The notes under the pieces are model-generated. The model searched no databases, had not been told where the DNA came from, and saw only the letters and a list, made by a program, of their open reading frames with translations. Below, one piece after another: positions 29,843-38,209 of a DNA stretch of 64,000 bases (positions are counted from its first letter, which is position 1; each line of letters starts with the position of its first letter). Source of the DNA: Tepidisphaera sp. (GTDB lineage Bacteria; Planctomycetota; Phycisphaerae; Phycisphaerales; UBA1924); NCBI GenBank assembly GCA_050916045.1, contig CP051526.1, positions 2,464,001-2,528,000 of the forward strand, read 5' to 3'. The position numbers were made by a program, and so were the translations under genes.

Positions 29843-31294
29843 ATGCCGACCATTCCCGAACGCCACCTCCTGACCGTCTTCGGCGCCACCGGCGACCTCG
29901 CCCACCGCAAGGTCCTGCCCAGCCTCTTCAAGCTCGGCACGCAAGGCTCCGCCAAGGGCCGCGCGACCGTCCTCGGATGCGCCCGCGCCGGCATGGACGA
30001 CGCCGCGTTCCGAGCTTCGGTCGCCAAGTCGCTCCTCGAGCACGGCGAGAAGCCCGACCTCGTGAAGGAATGGACCGAGAAGTTCCTCTTCTTCCAGTCT
30101 CTCGGCGACGCCGGGGCCGAGGCTTTCACTCGCCTCAAGCAGCGCATCGAAAAGCTCGAATCCGAGCACAACCTCTACCAGCACCGCATCTTCTACCTCG
30201 CCCTCCCCCTCCCCGCCTTCCCCCCCACCATCGAAGCTTTTGGTCAGTCTGGCCTGAACAAGTCCAAGGGCTGGACCCGTCTCGTCGTCGAAAAGCCCTT
30301 CGGCCACAACCTCGAGTCCGCGCAGTCGCTCAACGCGCTTGTCCACCGCTTCTTCGACGAAAGCGAGGTCTACCGCCTCGACCACTACCTCGGCAAAGAG
30401 ACGGTGCAGAACCTCATCGCGTTCCGGTTCGGCAATTCGCTCTTCGAGCCGCTCTGGAACCGCGACCGCGTCAAGCAGGTCGAGATCACCGTCGCCGAAG
30501 AGCTCGGCGTCGAGGGACGGGGCGCGTTCTACGAGAAAGCCGGCGCCGTCCGCGACATCATGCAGAACCACATGATGCAGCTCCTCTGCCTCACCGCCAT
30601 GGAGCCCCCCTCCGTCCTCGACGGCACCGCCGTCGCCAACGAGAAGATCAAGGTCGTTCAGGCGATGGAGCCCCTCACCGCCCGAGACGTCGTCCTCGGC
30701 CAGTACGCCCCGGGCGAACTCAGCGGCAAGATCATGAAGGGCTACCGCGAGGAAGCCGGCGTCGCGCCGGACTCCAAGACCGAAACCTTCGCCGCCGCTC
30801 GAATCCACATCAACAACTGGCGCTGGCAGGGCGTCCCCTTCTTCCTCCGCACCGGCAAACGCATGCCGCGCAAAGCCACCCGCATCATCGTCACCTTCAA
30901 AGCCCCCCCCGCCGCCGTCTTCAACCCCTACATCGTCTGCGGCCTCCAGAGCAACCGCCTCGAAATCACCCTCCAGCCCAACGAAGGCTTCAACCTCTCC
31001 TTCCAGACCAAGATCCCCGGCGAAGGCATGAAGCTCGAAACCCAGGAGATGCGCTTCCGCTACGCCGACACCTACGGACAGCTCCCCGAGGCCTACCAGA
31101 CCCTCATGCTCGACGTCATGCGCGGCGACAGAACCCTGTTTGTGCGCAACGACGAGGTCGAACTCTCCTGGGACAAGTTCGCCGGCGTTGTCGATGGCAC
31201 CCTCCCCGTCCACGAGTACCCCGCCGGGAGCTGGGGCCCCCAAGCGGCCGAAAAGCTCCTCGCGGGCGATGAATGCTGCTGGACGGACTTCTAG
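29843..31294 (+). CDS. zwf: Glucose-6-phosphate 1-dehydrogenase
   Basis: GATGDLA, EKPFG, RLDHYLGKETVQN, RDIMQNH, WQGVPFFLRTGK. Confidence 0.97.
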   Translation: MPTIPERHLLTVFGATGDLAHRKVLPSLFKLGTQGSAKGRATVLGCARAGMDDAAFRASVAKSLLEHGEKPDLVKEWTEKFLFFQSLGDAGAEAFTRLKQRIEKLESEHNLYQHRIFYLALPLPAFPPTIEAFGQSGLNKSKGWTRLVVEKPFGHNLESAQSLNALVHRFFDESEVYRLDHYLGKETVQNLIAFRFGNSLFEPLWNRDRVKQVEITVAEELGVEGRGAFYEKAGAVRDIMQNHMMQLLCLTAMEPPSVLDGTAVANEKIKVVQAMEPLTARDVVLGQYAPGELSGKIMKGYREEAGVAPDSKTETFAAARIHINNWRWQGVPFFLRTGKRMPRKATRIIVTFKAPPAAVFNPYIVCGLQSNRLEITLQPNEGFNLSFQTKIPGEGMKLETQEMRFRYADTYGQLPEAYQTLMLDVMRGDRTLFVRNDEVELSWDKFAGVVDGTLPVHEYPAGSWGPQAAEKLLAGDECCWTDF

Positions 31295-31480
31295 AAAGGC
31301 CCGGCGACCAGTCGGTAGGTCCAAGTTAGGGTTCGGCCGACGCCGAAAGCCCACCACCCCTCCCGGACCGTGACCGCAGGGGTTTGATAGGCGGGGGTGG
31401 GATGTCTATAGTCGTGGCCCAAGAAATCGCGGCAGGCTCCGCCTGTTCGCTCCAAAGCTTGCGTTCGGAGTTTCAACGTC

Positions 31481-31852
31481 ATGTCGAAAAACAAGACCCA
31501 CAAGGGCCTTCTCAAGCGCATCCGCATCTCCAAGACCGGCAAGGTCCGCCACCGCACGGCCGGCCACAAGCACTTGCGCTCGGGCAAGGGCGGCAACCGC
31601 CTCCGCAAGCTCCGCAAGGACCCCTTCATCTCCAACTCCGACGCCGTTCGCCTCGAGCGGGCTTTGTTCCGCCGCCTGCGCGGCCGCGACATGGCTCGTT
31701 CCGCGATGCGTAAGAGCCCCTCGCCCGAGCAGCGGAAAGCCGCCAAGGCCGAGAAGAAAGCCACCGCCGCGAAGGTCTCCCGCGCTTGGGCCAAAGCCAC
31801 CGACGGCAAGTCCGTCAAGGCCACCGCCAAAGCCGCCGCCGCCAAGAAGTAG
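31481..31852 (+). CDS. rpmI: 50S ribosomal protein L35 with Lys/Ala-rich C-terminal extension
   Basis: K.KTHKGLLKRIRISKTGKV...GHKHL; lies directly upstream of rplT. Confidence 0.9.
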   Translation: MSKNKTHKGLLKRIRISKTGKVRHRTAGHKHLRSGKGGNRLRKLRKDPFISNSDAVRLERALFRRLRGRDMARSAMRKSPSPEQRKAAKAEKKATAAKVSRAWAKATDGKSVKATAKAAAAKK

Positions 31853-31866
31853 ATCGTCTCTCATTG

Positions 31867-31895
31867 AAGCCCGGGTTGTCCGGGCTTTTGATTTT
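31867..31895 (+). terminator. Terminator-like hairpin between rpmI and rplT
   Basis: AAGCCCGGG-TTG-TCCGGGCTT followed by TTGATTTT. Confidence 0.55.
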
Positions 31896-31959
31896 CACCG
31901 CGCGACGGGTCCAAGCGAGGCTTTGAGCCTCCCCCGCTCGAGCCGAAGGAGTTTCGTCC

Positions 31960-32340
31960 ATGCCACGCGTTAAAAAGGGCGCCGCCCGTACCCAAGCTCG
32001 TAAACGTCGAATGCTCCGCGCCCGCGGCAAGTTCGGCGGCCTGTCCAAGTCCCCGTACCTGGCGGAGATCGCCGAGTATCGTGGTGGCGTCTTCGCCTAC
32101 CGCTCCCGCCGCATCCGCAAGCGCGACATGCGCGGCCTCTGGATCGTCCGCATCACGGCCGCCTGCCGGATGCGCGGCACCCGCTACAGCCTCTTCATCA
32201 ACGGCCTCAAGAACGCCGGCATCGTCCTCAACCGCAAGATGCTCTCCGAGCTCGCCATCCGCGACCCCAAGGTCTTCGACAAGATCTGCGCCATCGCGGT
32301 CAAGGCCTCGAAAGCCACCCTGGCCAACGCCGCGGCCTAA
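31960..32340 (+). CDS. rplT: 50S ribosomal protein L20
   Basis: MPRVK, RKRDMRGLWIVRI.AA, YSLFINGL, LNRKMLSELA; SD AAGGAG. Confidence 0.97.
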   Translation: MPRVKKGAARTQARKRRMLRARGKFGGLSKSPYLAEIAEYRGGVFAYRSRRIRKRDMRGLWIVRITAACRMRGTRYSLFINGLKNAGIVLNRKMLSELAIRDPKVFDKICAIAVKASKATLANAAA

Positions 32341-32370
32341 GCGATAAAGCACAAGCTTCAAGTCACTCAC

Positions 32371-32402
32371 AAAAGCCCCGAGGTTCGCCTCGGGGCTTTT
32401 TC
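32371..32402. terminator. Bidirectional intrinsic terminator after rplT
   Basis: AAAAGCCCCGAGG-TTCG-CCTCGGGGCTTTTT. Confidence 0.9.
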
Positions 32403-32439
32403 TATTCACCAAGGCGACCCACGACCTCATCGATGCGGA

Positions 32440-33414
32440 TCACCGCCCGCGAACGCTCGCGGGAAGCGACAGAAGCTTGCGGCCCGGAGTGCCCACCGGC
32501 AGAACGACGAGCCGTCCCCCACCGCTCTGGGCGGCTTGCGATCCGGTCACGTACAGGTCCGTGAGGTCCTCGCCGCCGAACGCCACGTTGCTCGCGTGCT
32601 GAAGCCCCGTCGGATACTCGCGGATGATCTTGCCCGAATCGTCGAACACCACGACGGTGCCCGCGCCGTAATCAGCCATGTAGAGCCGGCCCGCACGGTC
32701 AAACGTCATCCCGTCGGGAACCGACTTTGGATTCGGAAGCTCGGCCAGCAGCCGTCGATCCGTGAGCACGCCCGGGCTTGAAATCTTGAACTCGTAGACC
32801 TTGCGGTTGCAGCTGTCGTTCACCACCAGCGACTTCCCGTCGGCTCGCACGGCGATGCCGTTGGGGTAGCAGAAGTCGCCGGCGACCTGGCGGAGGACTC
32901 GGGCGGAGTCGAGGTAGTAAAGCCCGCTCCGCATCGCGGATCTGTCGGCAGCGGATTCCGCCGGCGCTGTGACGTAGATTCCACCATCGCCGTCGAGCGT
33001 GAGATCGTTCGGCGTCGCGAGCTCCGGAGCGAGCACCTCGATCAGCTTGCCGTTTGCGTCGAGATGGTGCACGCCGCCCCTCGCCGCGACGACGTGCGTC
33101 CCGTCAGGAAGGATCTTGTGGCCGTTGGGCTCCGTCGTCGTGTGCCAGCGCTCGGGCGGGCCATCGCCGCGCATCACGAACACAGTCTCGTTCGCGAGCA
33201 CCGAGGCGAACGCCGTGCCCGAAGCATCGAACACGATGCCCTCGCTGTATCCGGGGAACTCCGCGACGATCCGGGGCTCGATAAGCTTGGGGTCGACGGG
33301 CGTTGACGTGCAACCACCGGCAAAGACCGCCAGGCTGATCGCAACCAACCCAAGCCCACTCGCGACGGACCGGTCGCGGCCAGGACGCTTCGAAAGCAGA
33401 GTTCGAACTCGCAT
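32440..33414 (-). CDS. SMP-30/gluconolactonase family lipoprotein
   Basis: Lipobox FAGGC; SEG, PND, PNG, PDGM, NVAFGG...LYVT six-bladed propeller motifs. Confidence 0.88.
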   Translation of the reverse strand: MRVRTLLSKRPGRDRSVASGLGLVAISLAVFAGGCTSTPVDPKLIEPRIVAEFPGYSEGIVFDASGTAFASVLANETVFVMRGDGPPERWHTTTEPNGHKILPDGTHVVAARGGVHHLDANGKLIEVLAPELATPNDLTLDGDGGIYVTAPAESAADRSAMRSGLYYLDSARVLRQVAGDFCYPNGIAVRADGKSLVVNDSCNRKVYEFKISSPGVLTDRRLLAELPNPKSVPDGMTFDRAGRLYMADYGAGTVVVFDDSGKIIREYPTGLQHASNVAFGGEDLTDLYVTGSQAAQSGGGRLVVLPVGTPGRKLLSLPASVRGR

Positions 33415-33679
33415 GATCACGGGATCTCCTCGCATCCAAGCCGGGAACGACTTGACGCTTCCATCGCGGTCGCGTCCGCTCCGGCCGCGTCCATCTCAGG
33501 ATAGTGGAAATGCCGCTCTGTCATGGCGTCGTCGGCAAGGATGCCGGCAATCGCGTCGGGTCGCTCGATCGCCATGGTCTTTGCGACTCGAAGACGGCCC
33601 GAAGACGGCGCGGGACCTGACCGGAGCGGGTCGGTGCCGGGACCTTCGCCAGCGAGGCCGAGGCCGTTGCTGCAAGCCC

Positions 33680-33950
33680 AAAAAAGAAGAAACTCGTCCG
33701 CCGGTTTCCGCCCGCGAGCGAGTCATAGGAGAGAGAGACAAGACACTGTTCGAAAGCCTCGGCCGGTTTCCCGGACTTGTTCGGCTTTCAGTAAACCCGA
33801 CTACTGGTTTCCGCCCGCAGTCGAGTCATAGGAGGAGAGAGAGACAAGACACTGTTCGAAGATCGTCCGGTTTCCCGGGGAGCTTCAGTAAACCCGACTA
33901 CTGGTTTCCGCCCGCAGTCGAGTCATAGGAGGAGAGAGAGACAAGACATC
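33680..33950 (-). ncRNA. Candidate modular structured small RNA (three repeated units, about 270 nt)
   Basis: Three copies of a GGTTTCCGCCCGC..GAGTCATAGGA(GGA)GAGAGAGACAAGACA core at 33703, 33806 and 33903; minus-strand stems need G-U pairs; ends in hairpin plus UUUCUUCUUUUUU. Confidence 0.65.
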
Positions 33951-33961
33951 GACAACATGCC

Positions 33962-33977
33962 ACACGATCGATGCCAA
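33962..33977 (-). promoter_or_regulatory. Putative sigma54-like -24/-12 promoter
   Basis: TTGGCATCGATCGTGT versus consensus YTGGCACGNNNNTTGC (C at -12 replaced by T); predicted +1 at 33950 matches the repeat boundary. Confidence 0.4.
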
Positions 33978-34142
33978 TGCCACCCAAAGGGCAAATTTTC
34001 TTGCAGATTGAACCGTTTCCATTCCGAAACTGCCGTCCATACTGCACTTAGCGAATCCGCAACGTCCGAAAGGACGCCAGCGCAGCGACAGCCGCCCGCG
34101 ATGGGGGCGAGCATGAAAGGTCTTTGTTTGGATTCCTGAGTG

Positions 34143-34745
34143 TTAGCCGCCGCTCTGGCGTCCCTCGATGGACGCCACGACGCACCCCAGAGCCAGGACG
34201 AAGAGGTCGTCGAACCCCGCCGCTTCGGCTTCGGGCTTCACCGCGATCCCCAGCCGGTAGATGAAGAGGTTGAAGTGCTGGCGGATGGACGCGACGGTGT
34301 TGCCGGCTTTGTCCAGGACGCTGAAGGACTGGGGGGAGATGACGGAGACCAGATCGACGTTGTGCCTGAGGAACGCCAGGAACCCGCCGTTCTCGCGGAG
34401 GGTCCCGATCTCTTCGCCCGCGGCGTTGAAGACAAGCCATTCATCGCGGAAGAACGTGCTCGACAGGCCCTTGCGGCGGATCGATCCGAGCGACTCGCCC
34501 GTCGGCAGGGTGATATCGAGGGTCACGGAGAAGTCGATGATGTTGCGAGCGACGATCGAGAGGAGCGGCGTCGACATCGATTCGTCGGTGTAGATCCGGA
34601 TGTCCTCGCGGAGTTTGAAGGCTTTCTGATTGCAGTAGCCCGCGAGGTCGCCTTTCTCGTCGTAGATGTGGAACGAAGCTCCGAAGAGCTTGAAGACTTT
34701 GCGGCGGATGGTGTACTGCTCGCCGGGAGCGGGGAGGAGGGGCAT
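34143..34745 (-). CDS. LURP-one/scramblase-like (Tubby C-like) protein
   Basis: YTIRRKVFKLFGASFHIYD...QKAFKLREDIRIY pattern; start ATG 34745 with GGAG upstream. Confidence 0.7.
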   Translation of the reverse strand: MPLLPAPGEQYTIRRKVFKLFGASFHIYDEKGDLAGYCNQKAFKLREDIRIYTDESMSTPLLSIVARNIIDFSVTLDITLPTGESLGSIRRKGLSSTFFRDEWLVFNAAGEEIGTLRENGGFLAFLRHNVDLVSVISPQSFSVLDKAGNTVASIRQHFNLFIYRLGIAVKPEAEAAGFDDLFVLALGCVVASIEGRQSGG

Positions 34746-34767
34746 TGAGGTCTCCGAGAGGGTTGGT

Positions 34768-35217
34768 TCAGATCGTATCGGCCACGCTCGGCCTTTCCGT
34801 GAACCGGAGCGTGACGACGACGAGCGGAAGCAGAACCCCCACAGCCGCGGCGTAGATGGACCAGCCGTTGAACCTCGGCAGGACCAGCAGCCCGGCGACG
34901 CTGATCGCAAGGATCGCGATGCTGAGGCCGACCATGGTGCCGTTCGCGACGCGGGACCCGGCGGAAACACGGCGGTTGGCGGCGGCGAGCATGACCGCGC
35001 CGAGGTACGCGGTCTGCGCCGGGGCCGCCAGCAACGGGATGACGGTGATGAAGGGCGAAAGCGTCCCCGGCGGCTGCGGCTTGCTCGCGTGAGCGAAGAG
35101 GGCCAGCAGGAAGATCACGCCGATGAACGGAAGCACCAGCCCGGCGAGCACGATGAGCGCCGCTCCGATCAAAGCGATCGGGCCTGCGGCGAAGAGAGAC
35201 CTGGTGCGGGGATTCAT
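34768..35217 (-). CDS. Hypothetical membrane protein
   Basis: Four hydrophobic segments; ATG 35217 lies 6 nt after TATCCT. Confidence 0.6.
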   Translation of the reverse strand: MNPRTRSLFAAGPIALIGAALIVLAGLVLPFIGVIFLLALFAHASKPQPPGTLSPFITVIPLLAAPAQTAYLGAVMLAAANRRVSAGSRVANGTMVGLSIAILAISVAGLLVLPRFNGWSIYAAAVGVLLPLVVVTLRFTERPSVADTI

Positions 35218-35333
35218 GGAGGCAGGATACTCGGAGAGGAACGAGAACGCCCCGGCGAGGCCGGGGCGGTGGAAACGGGTTCCGGGTTTCACGCTGGAGC
35301 ATTCCGTTCTCGACGAGGCGGTAAACTGCTCTC

Positions 35334-35750
35334 ATGAGCAGACTGGAAGAACTTCGCCAGTTCGCCGGGTGGAAGTCGCCTTCGCAACGGCACTCGGTCG
35401 GGGCGATCGAGTCGGCGCTCGGGCTTCGGCTCCCGGCTGATTTCGCGTCGTTTCTGCGAACCAGTGGCGGGTTTGAGGGTTTCTTCGGCCAGAGTTACCT
35501 CGTCCTCCTTGATCCCGCGGATATCCCGCGGGCGAATGTCGAAGCCTGCATTTCTGAGGTTCTCCCCGGGCTTGTGATGTTCGGCGGCAACGGCGGGGGC
35601 GAGTGGTTCTGCATCGACACGCGCACCGGCCGATACGTGATGGCACCTTCGATCGGCGGCCCGGAGCATGTCCTCGATGAGGGAGCGACCTTCGAAGAGT
35701 TCCTTGATCGCGTGCACTCTGACCAGCTCTTTGACCGCAAGCCCGAATGA
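35334..35750 (+). CDS. SMI1/KNR4 (SUKH) family protein
   Basis: IESALGLRLPADFASFLR.SGG, FGGNGGGEWFCID, TFEEFL. Confidence 0.85.
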   Translation: MSRLEELRQFAGWKSPSQRHSVGAIESALGLRLPADFASFLRTSGGFEGFFGQSYLVLLDPADIPRANVEACISEVLPGLVMFGGNGGGEWFCIDTRTGRYVMAPSIGGPEHVLDEGATFEEFLDRVHSDQLFDRKPE

Positions 35751-35784
35751 CAACGCGACTGTGGCGATCCACCGGCTCGCGAAC

Positions 35785-37203
35785 TCATGTCGGATCGATC
35801 AGCGAAGGAAGTGTTTCGTCGCTTGGCCGCACGTACCGCTTCCAGCACGCGTCCGCGAGCAGGAGCGTCGCCATGTTGACTTCCTCGGCACGCCGTTCGC
35901 CGGCGTACTCGGAGCCAGACGGCGGGTTCAGCGTGGCGGCGAACGTCTCGACGAACGCGCGGCAGTTCGGCATGACTGAAGCGACGAAATCTGCGCGCGT
36001 GAACCCAGGGCCAGGCGAAGTCACTCGAAGCCCCTTCACCTCCTCGTAGAAGCGCTCGTAGGTCGCATCGGAGTCTTCCGAGCTCGCGGCCAGCGCGGAG
36101 ACCACGTAGCAAAGCGGCGTCCACCGGTTGTCTATGAGTGCGTGCGAGTCCGCGCCCGCGTCGAGGATCGCTTCGAGCTTGACGTCAGACTGCACGCCGT
36201 GCCCCTCGACGACGTGGAAGATGAGCGGAAGCTCGCGAGAGGTGCATTCATCGCCGCCACACGTTCGGAGCTTGCAGACCGCGTTCGGATCGGCACCCAT
36301 CTCGCAGAGGACCCTCACTTCCAGGCCGGTGCCCTCGGAGATCGCCCGGGCGAGGGGCGTCTGCCCGCCTTTGTTCCGCTGCTCGATGTCGACGCCGAGT
36401 TCCTTGAGGTACCCGAAGGTGGCCCTCACGCTCTCCTCGGCGTTGGCTTCAAAGTTCACGTCGATCGCGGCGTGCCACGCGTTGTACCCGTACTCCGAAA
36501 CCGCGTGCGGGTTGGCACCGGACGCGATGAGCAGGCGGAGCATTTCGGGGTGACGGCTCGACCCGACCGCCGACATGAAGAGCGTGTAGCCGTGGTCGTG
36601 CGTGGCGTTCACATTCGCGCCGGCGGCGATCACCGCTCTCGCGACCTCCAAGCCTTCGCAACCACTGGAGATGGCGTCGTCGAGCGGGGACGTGCAACGA
36701 GAGGACGAAGCGACTTCCGCTTCGGTCAACTCCAGCGGCGTTCCGGCTCGCACGAGCGTCTTGGAGATCTCGGGCGTGCGGGCGCGGCTGAGAGCGTTGA
36801 CGCCGAGGTTGTCGCGTACCGCGGGGTTCGCTCCGGCCGCGAGGAGCGCGCTGATGCAGTCCAAGCAGCCGGCTTCAACCGCCGCGAAGAGCGGGATTTC
36901 CCTCGAGGACGGAGCTCCGGAGAGCTGCTGGAACGTTTCGCGTTCGTACTCGGCCATGCGTTCATTGACCTTCGCTTGGATGTCGGCCGGAACGTCGGCG
37001 ATCGGATTGGGAGGCGGGACAAGCCTGCGTATCGGCGCGTATCGCTCCGCGGCGCGGGCGGCGTCGAAGTGCCCGCTCGCGTTGCACCCCAGGGCCAGAA
37101 GCCGCCTGACCTCCTCGACGTTGCCCGCCGCCGCTTGGCAAAGCAGCACGTTGCGATCGTGCGGATCGGTTGGAAAGGAGCTTTGTGATGATGAAGTGGT
37201 CAT
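35785..37203 (-). CDS. Ankyrin repeat protein
   Basis: Repeated PL..A...G...LLAAGANP, GQTPLARA, WTPL motifs. Confidence 0.88.
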   Translation of the reverse strand: MTTSSSQSSFPTDPHDRNVLLCQAAAGNVEEVRRLLALGCNASGHFDAARAAERYAPIRRLVPPPNPIADVPADIQAKVNERMAEYERETFQQLSGAPSSREIPLFAAVEAGCLDCISALLAAGANPAVRDNLGVNALSRARTPEISKTLVRAGTPLELTEAEVASSSRCTSPLDDAISSGCEGLEVARAVIAAGANVNATHDHGYTLFMSAVGSSRHPEMLRLLIASGANPHAVSEYGYNAWHAAIDVNFEANAEESVRATFGYLKELGVDIEQRNKGGQTPLARAISEGTGLEVRVLCEMGADPNAVCKLRTCGGDECTSRELPLIFHVVEGHGVQSDVKLEAILDAGADSHALIDNRWTPLCYVVSALAASSEDSDATYERFYEEVKGLRVTSPGPGFTRADFVASVMPNCRAFVETFAATLNPPSGSEYAGERRAEEVNMATLLLADACWKRYVRPSDETLPSLIDPT

Positions 37204-37220
37204 GGACAAACTCTGTAAAG

Positions 37221-37250
37221 AAAAACCCCCGCCGGAAGCCGGCGGGGGTC
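37221..37250 (-). terminator. Intrinsic terminator of rpsB-tsf
   Basis: ACCCCCGCCGG stem with complementary CCGGCGGGGGT and a minus-strand T run. Confidence 0.85.
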
Positions 37251-37274
37251 TGGTGAACGGTGGAAAGAACCGTC

Positions 37275-38084
37275 TTATTCGCCGACCTGCCAGCGACGGA
37301 AGGCGACGAGCTTGTCGGCGCCGCCGACGATGTCCTTGATCTTCTTGGCGGGGTCCTTGACGAAGGGCTGCTCGAGGAGAGCGATCTCTTCGAAGAACTT
37401 CCGCATGCCGCCCTCGACCATCTTCTCGGCGATTTCCTTGGGCTTGCCGGACTCGATGGCCTGCTCGATGCGGAACTTGCGTTCCTTCTCGACGACGGCC
37501 GCGGGGATCTCGCTGGCGGAGAGGCCGGCGGGGCGCGGGACGGCGGCGACGACGTGCATGCAGACGTCCTTGAGCAGGACCTCTTCGACGCCGCCGACGC
37601 TCTGGACGAGCGAGCAGGTCTTGCCGTCGTGGTGGACGTAGAACGCAAAGGAACCGGCCACGCCGGCGAGCTTCTCACCGCGGGCGTAGGAGCAGTTCTC
37701 GCTGGTGGAGATGCGGACCTCGTCGAGCGCGGCGGCGATGACGGGGTTGCTGGCGACGACGCCGGCCGGGGCTTTGAGGACCTCGGCGAGGGCCTTGGTC
37801 ATGGCTTCGGTGAGCTTCTCGCTCTTGGCGGTGAAGTCGGTCTCGGCGCGGATCTCGACGATCGCGGCCTGCGAGCGGTCGGCGTTGAGGAGGATGCCGA
37901 CGCGGCCTTCGCCGGCGGCGCGGTCGGTGCGGGCGTCCATCTTGCCCTTGAGCTGCTTACGGAGGAGTTCCTCGGCCTTCTCGACGTCGCCGCCGGCCTC
38001 GGTGAGGGCGGCTTTGCAGGCCATCATCGAGAGGCCGGTTTTATTGCGGAGGTTCATCACGTCTTTGGCATTGATCTCGGCCAT
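37275..38084 (-). CDS. tsf: Elongation factor Ts
   Basis: LRNKTGLSMMACKAAL, AETDF, MHVVA, LLEQPFVKD; follows rpsB. Confidence 0.97.
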   Translation of the reverse strand: MAEINAKDVMNLRNKTGLSMMACKAALTEAGGDVEKAEELLRKQLKGKMDARTDRAAGEGRVGILLNADRSQAAIVEIRAETDFTAKSEKLTEAMTKALAEVLKAPAGVVASNPVIAAALDEVRISTSENCSYARGEKLAGVAGSFAFYVHHDGKTCSLVQSVGGVEEVLLKDVCMHVVAAVPRPAGLSASEIPAAVVEKERKFRIEQAIESGKPKEIAEKMVEGGMRKFFEEIALLEQPFVKDPAKKIKDIVGGADKLVAFRRWQVGE

Positions 38085-38147
38085 GGTCGGCTCCAAATGC
38101 TGGGCCCGATGGGAAACGGGCTCGGGAAAGTGCGGGCGAAGGATCCA

Positions 38148-38175
38148 ATAAATACCCGGGGAAAGAGCCCGGGTT
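38148..38175 (-). terminator. Weak terminator/attenuator hairpin between rpsB and tsf
   Basis: ACCCGGG-CTCTTTC-CCCGGGT followed by ATTTATT on the minus strand. Confidence 0.45.
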
Positions 38176-38209
38176 GGGTGTGGTTCGTCAAAACTCAGCG
38201 AAGACTGGC

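Noticed and set aside
32440..33414. SMP-30 lactonase as the missing 6-phosphogluconolactonase for gnd-zwf
   Set aside because: It has a lipoprotein signal (extracytoplasmic), is on the opposite strand and is separated by rpmI-rplT
33703..33948. CRISPR array interpretation of the ~100-bp repeats
   Set aside because: Units are mostly conserved along their length, with only short variable stem arms; there are no unique 30-40 nt spacers and no cas genes
33703..34139. Plus-strand reading of AGGAGG as ribosome binding sites or CsrA GGA sites, and ORF 33957-34139
   Set aside because: No start codon at SD distance; G-U pairing and the U-tract terminator both favour the minus strand; the ORF looks non-coding
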